This document shows positions 20,442 to 30,954 of a stretch of DNA of 64,000 nt, piece after piece. This DNA comes from Halorarum halobium. GTDB taxonomy: Archaea; Halobacteriota; Halobacteria; Halobacteriales; Haloferacaceae. The position numbers were made by a program, and so were the translations under genes. Numbering within the stretch: position 1 is the stretch's first letter; each line of letters begins with the position of its first letter. The stretch lies in NCBI RefSeq assembly GCF_032116555.1, contig NZ_CP134949.1:124001-188000 (forward strand), written 5' to 3'. Below the pieces are notes generated by a model. It was not told where the DNA came from. It ran no database searches and worked only from the letters and a program-made list of their open reading frames with translations.

Positions 20442-21035
20442 TCAGTCGCTCCCGTTCTCGACGGCCAGCCCCACGCTCCCGTCGCCGACCCGCACGCCGG
20501 CCGCACAGACCGCGTGTTCGTACTCCAGCCCGTGGGCCGTCCGCGCGGCCGCGACGGCCGTGGTCGGCGCGAACTCGAACGGCCGCGGCTCGTCCTCCTC
20601 GTAGGTCGCCACCAGGTGTGGCTCGTCGACTTCGCGGACCAGCAGCGCGTCACGGCGGACGATGCCGACGTGGCCCGTCTCGCCGTCGATCACGCCCGCG
20701 ACCCGGGGCGTGTCGTAGTCGTCCTTCTCGTAATCGAGCGCAAGCAGCGCCTCGGCGAGCGCGTCGCGGGCGGGGTAGCCCCGGTCGTACTTCTCGGCGA
20801 CCGGGTCGACGTGCGAGCCGTTGCCGAGGACGGCCGCGCGGCGCGTCTCGCCGCCCGCCACGCGGACGCAGTTGTACGAGACGTAGGGGTTGTCCGTCGG
20901 CTCGGCCTCGTCGGTCGGGCCGACCGTCAGGGTTTGCTCGCCGCGGCGGACGACCTCCCGGTTCGGGAACGAGCGGGAGGAGACGCGGTATGCGCCGACC
21001 TTCGGGCCGACGACGACGAAGCGGCCGATGTACAT
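20442..21035 (-). CDS. purO: Archaeal IMP cyclohydrolase
   Basis: [30 protein letters not shown] and [11 protein letters not shown]. Confidence 0.94.
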   Translation of the reverse strand: MYIGRFVVVGPKVGAYRVSSRSFPNREVVRRGEQTLTVGPTDEAEPTDNPYVSYNCVRVAGGETRRAAVLGNGSHVDPVAEKYDRGYPARDALAEALLALDYEKDDYDTPRVAGVIDGETGHVGIVRRDALLVREVDEPHLVATYEEDEPRPFEFAPTTAVAAARTAHGLEYEHAVCAAGVRVGDGSVGLAVENGSD

Positions 21036-21184
21036 ACACGGAAGTGGGTAGTCTCGGCGGAAATAGCCAGCGGTGTGTACAGCGATGCCCACCTCGACCG
21101 TCCGGCGTGGCGTCCGGGCCACGCCGGGCCGGGGCTCCCGGAAAGCGATAGGGTTTAGTTTCCGAGCGCGTTCCTTCAGTTTGC

Positions 21185-21257
21185 AGTCCCGTGGGGTAGT
21201 GGCCAATCCTGTTGCCTTCTGGGGGCAACGACGAAGGTTCGAATCCTTCCGGGACTA
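21185..21257 (+). tRNA. tRNA-Gln (CTG)
   Basis: Acceptor stem AGTCCCG/CGGGACT, anticodon arm TTGCC-TTCTGGG-GGCAA, T-loop GTTCGAATC, upstream TATA-like TTTAG. No intron. Confidence 0.95.
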
Positions 21258-21348
21258 CTCCCGCTCTCAAGACCGCCCAGCCGCAGCACCGCGATCCTCC
21301 ACTCGAAACGAAGGGGTGTGTCGGACGCGCGTCCGACGCCCGGTTCGG

Positions 21349-21837
21349 CTACTTCTCGACGTCCAGCAGCGCGACCCGCTCGTGGACGACGTCGGCGAGG
21401 CCGCCGGCCGTCGCCGCCAGTTCGCGGTCGGTCACGTCGAAGAACTCCCCGACCAGCCGCTCGTCGTAGTCGCCGAGCGTCTCACCGGCTGCCAGCAGCT
21501 CCTGCAGCCGCGCGGCCGCCGCACCCTCGTCGCCACCCGCACAGACCGCGACGACCGGCGTCTCGCCCTCGGAGACGCCCATCGTGAGCGCCCGGTTGAT
21601 CTGCCGGCGGCCGGCGGCGTACAGCAGGATCTCGACGCCCCGGTCGCGGGCGACGTTCTCGCCGCGCTCGACCGCCCGGTCGGCCAGTTCGACCGCCCGT
21701 TCGAGGTGACGCCGGTCCACCACGTAGCGCGCGTCGAACGCCTGCACCGTCGCGCCCGTGTCGTCCGAAACCCCGTCCAGCGTTTCGAGGAACGCGTCGA
21801 GGTCCTCGACGACGGCGACGCCCTCGACGAGTCTCAC
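21349..21837 (-). CDS. cgi121: KEOPS complex subunit Cgi121
   Basis: VQAFDARYV, EILLYAAGRRQI and ERVALL motifs. Downstream of hel308. Start codon uncertain. Confidence 0.88.
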   Translation of the reverse strand: MRLVEGVAVVEDLDAFLETLDGVSDDTGATVQAFDARYVVDRRHLERAVELADRAVERGENVARDRGVEILLYAAGRRQINRALTMGVSEGETPVVAVCAGGDEGAAAARLQELLAAGETLGDYDERLVGEFFDVTDRELAATAGGLADVVHERVALLDVEK

Positions 21838-21877
21838 CGGCTCCACACCTCCGCCACTGCCGACACCACCGCCACGG

Positions 21878-24367
21878 TCACGAGAAATCACCGAACGTCG
21901 CCTGCCCGCCGTCGTCGTCGCCCTCGACGGCGGCGGTCGCGGCCGCCGAGACGCTCGCGTCCTTGCGCACGTCGTCCATCGAGGGGTCCTTCCGGCCGAC
22001 GTTCTCCAGCACCCGTTCGGCGGTCTTCCGTCGGCCGCGGAGCGCGCCGAGCACGACCGACTTGTCGGCCTCGCGGAGTTCGGTCCGGGTCTCGATGCCC
22101 GCCTCGAACAGCCTGCGGGCGCGCTTGCGGCCGAGCCCCCGGACGCCCGCCAGATCCAGCAGCTCCTCGCCGACGCCGTACTGGACGCGCTTTCTCGCCT
22201 CCCGGACCGCGACGGTGCAGTCGAGATCGAGTTCGGTCGAGAGCTGTTCTGCCGCGCCGAGCAGCCACTCGGTCGTGTCGACCTTCCCACGGATGTCGCC
22301 CGGGCCGACGTCGTAGCGCTCGGCGATCCGGTCCTCGTCGAGTTCGCTCGCCCAGTCCTCCAGCAGCCGGGCGGTCTTGAGCGCGGAGAGCCACTCCTCG
22401 AACGCGACGTCCTCGAACTCCGAGGGCGGGTCGCCGAGGAACTCCGACTCGCGCTCGTAGAACTGTTCCTCGTACGTCTCCCGGTCGCCCGACTTCAGGT
22501 AGAGCTGGTACATGTCGGGGGTGCGCGAGACGAGGTGATAGAGGCCGAGCGGCGTGACCTCGCGTGCTCGCTGTGTCACCTCCGGGCCGGGTTCTCCCTC
22601 GTCCGGGACGCCGTCCCCGTCGACTTCGGCGTCCGCGTCATCACCACCCGCCGCGAGTTCGTTGCCCGTGACGAACCCGGCGTCCTCCGCCGTCACGTCG
22701 GCTCCGACGGGCTCCGCCCCCTCCCCCTCCCCATCGGAGCCGTGGCCGCCGGGCGACCCCCGCAGGGACCCCTGCTCGGCAGCGGTCGACACGCCGGCCT
22801 CCAGCCCGTCGATGATCTCGGCGGCGCTCATCGGGTCGAGGTAGAGCCGCGAGACGGTGTGGCCGATGCCGGTGGCGGTGAGCGCGCCCCCCTCGCGGTC
22901 GAGGAACTCGTTGACCGCGAGGTACTCCAGCACGCGGTTGGTCACCTCGGCGAGCCGCGCGTCGTCGTCGGTCTGGCTGGCGTACAGCGTCCGTCCGAGG
23001 AAGTCCAGCAGCCCCTCCCGCGAGGTGGCGAAGCCGGACGCGACCGTGGCGAGCACGTGGGTCCGGAGCGCCGGTTCCGCCGCGAGCTTCGACCGGACGG
23101 CCTCGGGTTCGGCCCAGAGGTAGCGCTCGAACAGCTGGTCCATCGTGTCGCTGTCCTTCGCCAGCAGGATGGCCTCGCCGTAGGGGTCGAGCCCCGGCCG
23201 GCCGGCCCGGCCCATCATCTGGTGGACCTCGAGGACGTCGAGCGGCTTCATGCCGCCGAACTCGCCGTCGTAGCGCTTCCAGTCCCGGACGATGACGCGA
23301 CGGGCGGGCGTGTTCACCCCGGCCGCGAGCGTCGGCGTCGCGCTGATGCACTTGACGAGGCGGTCGCGGAAGGCGTCCTCGACGAGCGAGCGGTGTTCCG
23401 AGGCGAGCCCCGCGTGGTGAAACGCCGCGCCCTTCTCGACGCAGCGTGCCAGATCCTCGCTCGTGTCGGTGTCCGAGACGTCCCGGATCTCCGCCGCGAG
23501 CTCCCGCAGGTCGTTCTTCTCGCCGCCGTCGAGCCGTCGGCTCGTCGTCTCGGCCAGCCGCTTGGCGGCGCCCTCGGCGTTGCGCCGAGAGTTGACGAAC
23601 ACGAGCGAGGAGCCGCCCTGGCCGTCGATGCGCTCGTCGAGCGCGTCCGCGACGAGCGCCTCGGTTTGCTTTTTCCCGTCGCCGACGGGCACCTCGCGCT
23701 GGCTCCCGTCGTCGAAGTTGATCGCGTTGCCGTAGTGGACGCCCGTCTTTAGGTCGATGGGTCGCCAGTCGGACTGGACGAGGGCGGCGTCGAGCCAGTC
23801 GGCCACCTCGTCGGCGTTGCCGACCGTCGCCGAGAGCGCGACGACCTGCAGGCCCGGATTCACGCGGCGGAGCTTCGCCAGCGTCACCTCCAGGGTCGGC
23901 CCGCGGTGGGCGTCGTCCACGAGGTGGACCTCGTCGGCGACGACGCAGGTGAGGTCGTCGACCCACGACGCGCCGTTGCGCACGAGCGAGTCGACCTTCT
24001 CGGAGGTGGCGACGATGACGTCGCGGGAGGCGAGCCAGTCGCCGTCGGACTCGTAGTTGCCGGTCGAGACGCCGACGTCGACGCCGAACTCCTCCCAGCG
24101 CTCGAACTCGGCTCTTTTCTCGGAGGCGAGCGCGCGCAGCGGGACGATGTAGAGCGCCTTCCCGCCGCGCTGGACCGCCGACAGCATGGCGAGTTCCGCG
24201 ATGAGCGTCTTGCCCGATGCCGTGGGCACGGAGGCGACGACCGACTCGCTGTCGGCGACGCCGGCCTCCACCGCCTCGGCCTGGGGCGGGTAGAGTTCCG
24301 CGACCCCCTCGTCCTCCAGCGCCTCGGGGACGCCGGGCGGGAGGGTCGAGAGGTCCGTGGGTTTCAT
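21878..24367 (-). CDS. hel308: Ski2-like ATP-dependent DNA helicase Hel308
   Basis: [45 protein letters not shown] and the C-terminal RAR motif. TATA TTTAAA at 24393. Confidence 0.95.
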   Translation of the reverse strand: MKPTDLSTLPPGVPEALEDEGVAELYPPQAEAVEAGVADSESVVASVPTASGKTLIAELAMLSAVQRGGKALYIVPLRALASEKRAEFERWEEFGVDVGVSTGNYESDGDWLASRDVIVATSEKVDSLVRNGASWVDDLTCVVADEVHLVDDAHRGPTLEVTLAKLRRVNPGLQVVALSATVGNADEVADWLDAALVQSDWRPIDLKTGVHYGNAINFDDGSQREVPVGDGKKQTEALVADALDERIDGQGGSSLVFVNSRRNAEGAAKRLAETTSRRLDGGEKNDLRELAAEIRDVSDTDTSEDLARCVEKGAAFHHAGLASEHRSLVEDAFRDRLVKCISATPTLAAGVNTPARRVIVRDWKRYDGEFGGMKPLDVLEVHQMMGRAGRPGLDPYGEAILLAKDSDTMDQLFERYLWAEPEAVRSKLAAEPALRTHVLATVASGFATSREGLLDFLGRTLYASQTDDDARLAEVTNRVLEYLAVNEFLDREGGALTATGIGHTVSRLYLDPMSAAEIIDGLEAGVSTAAEQGSLRGSPGGHGSDGEGEGAEPVGADVTAEDAGFVTGNELAAGGDDADAEVDGDGVPDEGEPGPEVTQRAREVTPLGLYHLVSRTPDMYQLYLKSGDRETYEEQFYERESEFLGDPPSEFEDVAFEEWLSALKTARLLEDWASELDEDRIAERYDVGPGDIRGKVDTTEWLLGAAEQLSTELDLDCTVAVREARKRVQYGVGEELLDLAGVRGLGRKRARRLFEAGIETRTELREADKSVVLGALRGRRKTAERVLENVGRKDPSMDDVRKDASVSAAATAAVEGDDDGGQATFGDFS

Positions 24368-24557
24368 TGGCTGTTGGTGGGTCGTTCCGCGGTTTAAACT
24401 GTCGGACCCGGAGTGGAAGTGATCGGGATTCGCGGTTGATTCGGGCGGTTGGGAGTCTCCGATTCGGGTCGTTGGCCGGGAACGACAGTGCCGTGGTGCG
24501 GACCGCCAAAACCACCGCTGCTCTCGGTCCGTGTCGGGTCGGGCATCGTTTCCGCGA

Positions 24558-24745
24558 CTTCGAAAGCTCCCGCGTCGCTCTCTCGAGGGTGGTTCGGTCG
24601 GCGTGGCGCACACCTCGATAGCCACGACCCCTTTCAGTCCACCCGACCGCACGGCACCGCACCTCGCCCTCCCTTTCCTCGGAGCGAGCTCCTCGGAACT
24701 CACCCTCGGTCCGCTCGCGTGAACGAAGGCCCGCCGGCACGCGCC
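24558..24745. repeat. Intergenic repeat, family B-like (degenerate)
   Basis: CCCCTTTCAGTCCACCCG...CTCGCCCTCCC shares motifs with 29935-29965 and, as reverse complement, with 52449-52552. Confidence 0.55.
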
Positions 24746-24878
24746 GACGGACGTCCGACCGGCATCGAGGGGCGTCCTGATTTCGCCGTCGGTCGAGTAC
24801 GGCCACAGCCACGCCGTCGCTCACGCCAGTCGGTTCACACATCCGCATCCTTTTGCCCCGGGCCACGAAGAGTTGGGT

Positions 24879-25829
24879 ATGAGCAGTCGGCGTCGCAAGC
24901 CGGACTGGCTGAAGATGGACCCGCCCGCCGGGCAGCGGTTCACCGAGATCAAGGCCACGCTCCGGGAGCACGACCTCCACACGGTCTGTGAGGAGGCCAA
25001 CTGCCCGAATCTCGGGGAGTGCTGGTCCGGGAGCGACGGCCCCGGAACCGGCCCCGGCACGGCGACGTTCATGCTGCTGGGCGACCGGTGCTCGCGCGGG
25101 TGCAACTTCTGTGACGTCGAGACCGGCGGGATGGAGCCGCTGGACCCCGAAGAGCCCGCGAACGTCGCCGAGGCCGTGACCGAGATCGGTCTCGACTACG
25201 TCGTGCTCACCTCCGTCGACCGCGACGACCTCGCGGACGGCGGCAGCGCCCACTTCGCCGAGACGATCCGCGAGATCAAGCGCCGCGACCCGGAGACGCT
25301 CGTCGAGGTACTCATCCCGGACTTCGGCGGCGACGAGGCCGCGATCCGGCGCATCATCGAGGCGGGACCGGACGTCATCGCCCACAACGTCGAGACCGTC
25401 GAGCGGCTCCAGTGGCCGGTGCGGGACCGCCGGGCGAACTACGGCCAGACGCTCGACGTGCTCGAGCAGGTGAGCGGGGAGTCGGACGTCTACACGAAGA
25501 CGAGCGTCATGCTCGGCCTCGGCGAGTACGACCACGAGGTGTACCGGACGCTCCGGGACCTCCGGGAGGCCGACGTGGACATCGTCACGCTCGGCCAGTA
25601 CCTCCAGCCGTCCCGGTCGCACCTCGACGTGTTCGAGTACGTCCACCCCGACGCCTTCGAGACGTGGCGGCGGGTCGCCGAGTCGGAACTCGGGTTCCTC
25701 TACTGTGCGTCCGGGCCGATGGTCCGCTCGTCGTACAAGGCGGGCGAGTTCTTCGTCGAGGCGCTGCTCCGGGAGGGCCGGAGCGTCGAGGAGGCCCGCG
25801 CTCACGCGCGTGCCGCCAGCGGGGACTGA
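24879..25829 (+). CDS. lipA: Lipoyl synthase
   Basis: KPDWLK, CEEANCPNLGEC, radical SAM motif CSRGCNFC and VRSSY. Confidence 0.96.
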   Translation: MSSRRRKPDWLKMDPPAGQRFTEIKATLREHDLHTVCEEANCPNLGECWSGSDGPGTGPGTATFMLLGDRCSRGCNFCDVETGGMEPLDPEEPANVAEAVTEIGLDYVVLTSVDRDDLADGGSAHFAETIREIKRRDPETLVEVLIPDFGGDEAAIRRIIEAGPDVIAHNVETVERLQWPVRDRRANYGQTLDVLEQVSGESDVYTKTSVMLGLGEYDHEVYRTLRDLREADVDIVTLGQYLQPSRSHLDVFEYVHPDAFETWRRVAESELGFLYCASGPMVRSSYKAGEFFVEALLREGRSVEEARAHARAASGD

Positions 25830-26122
25830 CCGGGGAACGCCCTCGGGACCGGACGGCACGGCGTCGATTACGCCGTCGTGGCCGTCCGGCACCGCGTCGA
25901 TGAACCGGGGCGGACCGATTGTTTGTCAAGATTCGTGCGGGATTTCGGGGCGTCGTCCGCGGAGACGGTGCCGTCGGGCCGGAAAATTTCCGATACGGAA
26001 TTTCGCCCCGCCCTGAATGGACACGTCGGTGACCGGAGGCAGTATTTCTGTCCACAGTAAACTATTTACGAAAACACTATGCCTTGGGCGAATCAGATTT
26101 CGTGTATGCGACGGAGGGAACC

Positions 26123-27238
26123 GTGAGCACGCTCGAGCGCGACCCGCGCGAGGGCAAGGTTCAGGTCCTCGACGAGGACGGCGGCGTCGTCGGCGACGTC
26201 CCCGACCTCGACGACGACGAACTCGTCGAGATGTATCGGAACATGAAACTCGCCCGCCACTTCGACACGCGGGCGGTCTCCCTGCAGCGGCAGGGCCGCA
26301 TGGGGACCTACCCGCCGCTCTCGGGACAGGAGGGCGCGCAGGTCGGCTCCGCCATGGCGCTCGCGGAGGACGACTGGATGGTCCCCTCCTACCGCGAACA
26401 CGCCGCGGCGGTCGTCCGCGGGCTCGGCCTGACGAAGACCCTGCGCTACTGGATGGGCGACGAGAGCGGCAACCAGGTGCCCGAGGACGCCAACATCTTC
26501 ACCGTGGCCGTCCCCATCGCCTCCCAGATCCCCCACGCGACCGGGATGGCGTGGGCGGACAAACTGCAGAACGACGGCGAGACCGACGCCGGGTTCCTCT
26601 GTTACTTCGGCGACGGCGCGACGTCGGAGGGCGACTTCCACGAGGGGCTGAACTTCGCGGGCGTGTTCGACACGCCGAACGTCTTCTTCTGTAACAACAA
26701 CCAGTGGGCCATCTCGGTCCCCCGCGAGCGCCAGACCGCCTCCGAGACGCTCGCCCAGAAGGCCGTCGCGTACGGCTTCGAGGGCGTCCGCGTCGACGGG
26801 ATGGACCCGCTCGCCGTCTACAAGGTGACGTCCGAGGCGCTGGAGAAGGCGAAATCGCCCGACGAGGGCGAGCGCCGCCCCACGCTGGTCGAGGCCGTCC
26901 AGTACCGCTACGGCGCCCACACCACCGCCGACGACCCCTCGGTGTACCGCGAGGACGAGGAGGTCGAGCGCTGGAAGGCGAAAGACCCCATCCCGCGCCT
27001 GGAGAAGTTCCTGCGGAACCAGGGCGTCCTCGACGACGAGCGCGTCGGGGCCATCGAGGAGTCGGTCGAGGAGGAGGTCGCGGCCGCCATCGAGGAGGCC
27101 GAGTCGAGCGCCCGGCCGGACCCGGGGCTTATGTTCGAGAACGTGTACGAGGAGATGCCGCCCGCGCTGGTCGAGCAGGCCGAGGAGTTCGCCGCGGTCC
27201 GCGAGAAGTACGGGGACGAGGCGTTCCTGGAGGAGTGA
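26123..27238 (+). CDS. pdhA: 2-oxoacid (pyruvate) dehydrogenase E1 alpha
   Basis: LQRQGRMG, TPP motif GDGATSEG...NN and HTTADDP. GGAGG SD precedes the GTG. Confidence 0.94.
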   Translation: MSTLERDPREGKVQVLDEDGGVVGDVPDLDDDELVEMYRNMKLARHFDTRAVSLQRQGRMGTYPPLSGQEGAQVGSAMALAEDDWMVPSYREHAAAVVRGLGLTKTLRYWMGDESGNQVPEDANIFTVAVPIASQIPHATGMAWADKLQNDGETDAGFLCYFGDGATSEGDFHEGLNFAGVFDTPNVFFCNNNQWAISVPRERQTASETLAQKAVAYGFEGVRVDGMDPLAVYKVTSEALEKAKSPDEGERRPTLVEAVQYRYGAHTTADDPSVYREDEEVERWKAKDPIPRLEKFLRNQGVLDDERVGAIEESVEEEVAAAIEEAESSARPDPGLMFENVYEEMPPALVEQAEEFAAVREKYGDEAFLEE

Positions 27239-27240
27239 CA

Positions 27241-28242
27241 ATGAGCACGCAAGACACCCAAGCGACGCAGAATCTCACGCTGGTACAGTCGGTCCGGGAC
27301 GCGCTCGGGACCGAGATGGAACGGGACGAGGACGTCCTCGTCATGGGACAGGACGTCGGGAAGAACGGCGGCGTGTTCCGCGCCACGGAGGGCCTCTACG
27401 ACGAGTTCGGCGGGGACCGCGTGGTCGACACGCCGCTCGCGGAATCCGGCATCATCGGCACCGCGGTCGGGATGGCCGCGATGGGCCTGAAGCCTGTTCC
27501 CGAGATCCAGTTCTCCGGATTCATGTACCCCGGCTTCGACCAGATCGTCTCCCACATGTCCCGCCTGCGCACCCGGTCGCGCGGCCGGTTCACGCTCCCG
27601 ATGGTGCTGCGCGCGCCCTACGGCGGCGGCATCCGCGCGCCCGAACACCACTCGGAGTCGAAGGAGGCGTTCTACGCCCACGAGGCCGGCCTGAAGGTCG
27701 TCATCCCCAGCACCCCGTACGACACGAAGGGGCTGCTCATCTCGGCGATGCGCGACCCGGACCCGGTCGTCTTCCTCGAACCGAAGCTCATCTACCGCGC
27801 GTTCCGCGGCGACGTGCCCGAGGAGGACTACGAGGTGCCCATCGGCGAGGCAGCGGTCCGCCGCGAGGGCAGCGACGTCTCGGTGTTCACCTACGGCGCG
27901 ATGACCCGGCCGAGCCTGGAGGCCGCCGAGGAACTCGCCGAGGACGGCGTCGACGCCGAGGTCGTCGACCTCCGCACCGTCTCGCCGATGGACCGGAAGG
28001 CCATCGTCGAGTCGTTCAAGAAGACCGGCCGCGCCTGCGTCGTCCACGAGGCGCCCAAGACGGGCGGGCTCGCGGGCGAGATCACGGCCATCCTGCAGGA
28101 GGAGGCGCTGTTGTACCAGGAGGCGCCGGTCCAGCGCGTGACGGGCTACGACGTGCCGTACCCGCTGTACGCGATGGAGGACTACTACATGCCCAACGCG
28201 GCCCGCGTGGCCGAGGGGATCACCGAGGCGGTGGAGTTCTGA
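27241..28242 (+). CDS. pdhB: 2-oxoacid dehydrogenase E1 beta
   Basis: GGVFRAT, DTPLAESG, EIQF, EHHSES and FLEPK. Confidence 0.94.
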   Translation: MSTQDTQATQNLTLVQSVRDALGTEMERDEDVLVMGQDVGKNGGVFRATEGLYDEFGGDRVVDTPLAESGIIGTAVGMAAMGLKPVPEIQFSGFMYPGFDQIVSHMSRLRTRSRGRFTLPMVLRAPYGGGIRAPEHHSESKEAFYAHEAGLKVVIPSTPYDTKGLLISAMRDPDPVVFLEPKLIYRAFRGDVPEEDYEVPIGEAAVRREGSDVSVFTYGAMTRPSLEAAEELAEDGVDAEVVDLRTVSPMDRKAIVESFKKTGRACVVHEAPKTGGLAGEITAILQEEALLYQEAPVQRVTGYDVPYPLYAMEDYYMPNAARVAEGITEAVEF

Positions 28243-28243
28243 G

Positions 28244-29857
28244 ATGGCGACCGAGGAGTTCAAACTCCCCGACGTCGGCGAGGGCGTCGCCGAGGGGGAG
28301 CTGGTCAACTGGCTCGTCGCGCCCGGCGACACGGTCTCGGAGGACCAGCCGGTCGCGGAGGTCGAGACGGACAAGGCGCTCGTCGAGGTGCCGAGCCCGT
28401 ACGACGGCACCGTGAAGGAGCTGCTCGCCGAGGAGGGCGAGATGGTGCCGGTCGGCGACGTGATCATCACGTTCGAGGTCGGCGACGGCGGCGCGGAAGC
28501 CGACTCCGGGACCGAGTCGGCCGAGACGACCGAGGCGGGTGCAGCCGAGTCCGAACCCGAAGCCGAGGCGGGCACGGAGGCGGAGGAGACGGCGACCGCC
28601 GAGACCGACGCGAGCGAGCCGGCGGAGGGTCGCGTGTTCGCGTCTCCCTCGGCACGCCGGCTCGCCCGCGAACTCGGCGTGAACGTCGCCGCGGTCGACG
28701 GGAGCGGGCCGAGTGGCCGCGTTTCCGACGCCGACGTGCGCGCCCACGCCGACGCCGGTGGTGCGGACGACGCGGACGCGGCGACCGAATCGTCGGGGCC
28801 GAAGGACGTCGACGTCGGCTCCGGGAAACCCGCAGCGACGCGCCGTGACGCCGACGGCGAGTCGGGCGGAGGGACGGCCGCGGCCGCGTCGGCACCCGCG
28901 GGAGACGTCGAGGCCGCGGGCCGCGAACGCACGCTCGCCGCGCCGGCGACCCGTCACGCCGCCGAGGAGGCGGGCGTCGACCTGGACGACGTACCCACCG
29001 ACGAGACGCGCGAGGGCGAGGCGTTCGTCACGGCCGATCAGGTCCAGCAGTACGCCGACGCAGTGACGGCCGCGAAGCAAGCGGAGACCGGCGCCGGCGC
29101 CGCGGGCGCGGCAGCCGGGGCCGGCAACGGCGCGGCCGGGGCCGTCGAGGCCGAGGCGGGCGGCGAGGAGACCGTCCCCTACCGCGGCGTGCGACGGACC
29201 ATCGGCGAGCAGATGGCCGAGTCGAAGTACACCGCGCCCCACGTCACCCACCACGACACGGTCGCGATCGAGGACCTCGTGGAGACGCGGGCCGAGTTGA
29301 AGGAGCGGGCCGCCGAGCGGGACGTGAAGCTCACGTACATGCCGTTCGTGATGAAGGCGATCGTGGCGGGGCTCAAGGAGTTCCCGTACCTCAACTCCGA
29401 GCTCCGCGAGGACGAGGGCGAGATCGCGCTCAAGGGGTACTACAACGTCGGCATCGCGGTCGCGACCGACGCGGGGCTGATGGTGCCGGTCGTGAAGAAC
29501 GTGGACCGGAAGTCCATCCTGGAACTCGCCGAGGAGGTGAACGACCTGGCCAGCCGGGCGCGCGACCGGAAGCTCTCCCGCTCGGAGATGCAGGGCGGGA
29601 CGTTCACCATCACGAACTTCGGGGCGGTCGGCGGCGAGTACGCGACGCCGATCATCAACTACCCCGAGACGGCGATCATGGGGCTGGGTGCGATCGAGCA
29701 GCGCCCGACCGTCGAGGACGGCGAGGTGACGGCCGCACACACCCTGCCGCTCTCGCTCTCGATCGACCACCGCGTCATCGACGGCGCGGTCGCCGGGCAG
29801 TTCACCAATCTGGTGATGGAGTACCTCGCGGACCCGAAGCTGCTGTTGCTGGAGTAG
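28244..29857 (+). CDS. pdhC: Dihydrolipoamide acyltransferase E2
   Basis: Lipoyl domain ETDKA, two peripheral-subunit-binding-like segments (ASPSARRLA, AAPATRHAA) and catalytic DHRVIDG. Confidence 0.94.
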   Translation: MATEEFKLPDVGEGVAEGELVNWLVAPGDTVSEDQPVAEVETDKALVEVPSPYDGTVKELLAEEGEMVPVGDVIITFEVGDGGAEADSGTESAETTEAGAAESEPEAEAGTEAEETATAETDASEPAEGRVFASPSARRLARELGVNVAAVDGSGPSGRVSDADVRAHADAGGADDADAATESSGPKDVDVGSGKPAATRRDADGESGGGTAAAASAPAGDVEAAGRERTLAAPATRHAAEEAGVDLDDVPTDETREGEAFVTADQVQQYADAVTAAKQAETGAGAAGAAAGAGNGAAGAVEAEAGGEETVPYRGVRRTIGEQMAESKYTAPHVTHHDTVAIEDLVETRAELKERAAERDVKLTYMPFVMKAIVAGLKEFPYLNSELREDEGEIALKGYYNVGIAVATDAGLMVPVVKNVDRKSILELAEEVNDLASRARDRKLSRSEMQGGTFTITNFGAVGGEYATPIINYPETAIMGLGAIEQRPTVEDGEVTAAHTLPLSLSIDHRVIDGAVAGQFTNLVMEYLADPKLLLLE

Positions 29858-30120
29858 CGGTTTTTCGTCTGTTCCGGCGCGTCTCCCTTCCGTTTGTTTT
29901 CTCCCGGCGTTGCTGACACCGTAGTGACGACCGCGAACGCCCCCGCGGCCCCGTTCAGTCCCACCGGCCGGTGAGCTGATACGGCGTCGCCACTCGGGGT
30001 ACCGCTCCTCCCGCCGTGGGTACCCGGCGGTCGCGATTCCCCGGGAGGCGTGGTGGTTGCGGTCCGGTGGACGGTCCGGCCGCCGTGGCTCCGTCGAACG
30101 TTCGGCCGTCGCGGGTGGAC

Positions 30121-30879
30121 TCAGGGACCGGACGTCGCCCCCGAGTGGTGCTCGCAGGTGCCGTCGAGACAGCGGACGCCGGTCGACGTCTCGAACAGCG
30201 GCAGGCCGCAGACGCAGGTGCCGACGGTCTCGCCCGCGGGGATCGAAAACGAGGTCTCGCAGTCGGGGTGTGCGTCACAGCCGAGGAACGTCCGGCCGCG
30301 GTGTTCGACGACGCGGAGCGACTCGCCACAGTCCGGGCAGTCGTACGCCCCGTCGAGCGCCTCGCGGACGTGGTCGGCCAGCGAGTCGCACGCGTAGTCG
30401 ATGCACAGTTCGAACTGCTCGCCCCGGGCGACGCGCATCGTCGGCAGGCCGCAGTCCTCGCACGTCCCGTCCGTGACCGTCGCGCCCGACGGGAGGCCGT
30501 ACCGTTCCTCGCAGCCGAGACAGACCACGTCGCCGCCGGTTCGGACCATCGGGTTCCCGCAGTCGGGACACTCGCCGACCGGGCTGCCGCCCGCGCTGGC
30601 CGGGAACGTCGCGCGCTCGCCGGGGCCGTGCGAGCGGACACGGAGGGTCTGGTCGCCGTCACGGGCGGTGATTGCGAACCCCTCGTCGTCGGACTCGACG
30701 GTCAGCGAGTCGGCGCGCGTGAGCCACGCGAGCGGCTGGTAGCCGGAGGCGTCGTGGACGAGGAGCGTCCGGTCGGGTTTCGCGAGGACGACCACCCGAC
30801 CGCGCTGGAGGCGCTGGCCGCGGGGGGCGTCGAACTTGGTGCTGCAGTCGCCGGCGAAGACGCGGAGGGTCTCGGGCAT
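30121..30879 (-). CDS. NucS-like N-terminal domain fused to topoisomerase-type zinc ribbons
   Basis: N-terminal VVLAKPDRTLLVHD..GYQP..W resembles the NucS/EndoMS N-domain. Eight Cys pairs follow. Confidence 0.75.
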   Translation of the reverse strand: MPETLRVFAGDCSTKFDAPRGQRLQRGRVVVLAKPDRTLLVHDASGYQPLAWLTRADSLTVESDDEGFAITARDGDQTLRVRSHGPGERATFPASAGGSPVGECPDCGNPMVRTGGDVVCLGCEERYGLPSGATVTDGTCEDCGLPTMRVARGEQFELCIDYACDSLADHVREALDGAYDCPDCGESLRVVEHRGRTFLGCDAHPDCETSFSIPAGETVGTCVCGLPLFETSTGVRCLDGTCEHHSGATSGP

Positions 30880-30954
30880 GGGGGGTCTGGCCCCGTTCCC
30901 CTATTTGGACCCTCGGGCCGCAAGGTCGATACCGCGGGGCGCGAACGGACGGGT

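Noticed and set aside
21185..21349. tRNA-Gln as an integration site for an island or provirus
   Set aside because: There is no integrase, no duplicated tRNA 3' end, and core genes flank it directly.
22560..22800. Long acidic insertion in Hel308 as a possible intein or mobile insert
   Set aside because: It is an in-frame low-complexity linker with no splicing motifs, typical of haloarchaeal proteins.
22641..25892. Very long alternative-frame ORFs (this 1083-aa ORF, 38979-41555, and the N-terminal part of 31908-35138)
   Set aside because: They are Arg/Gly/Pro-rich shadow frames overlapping well-supported genes, expected in high-GC DNA.
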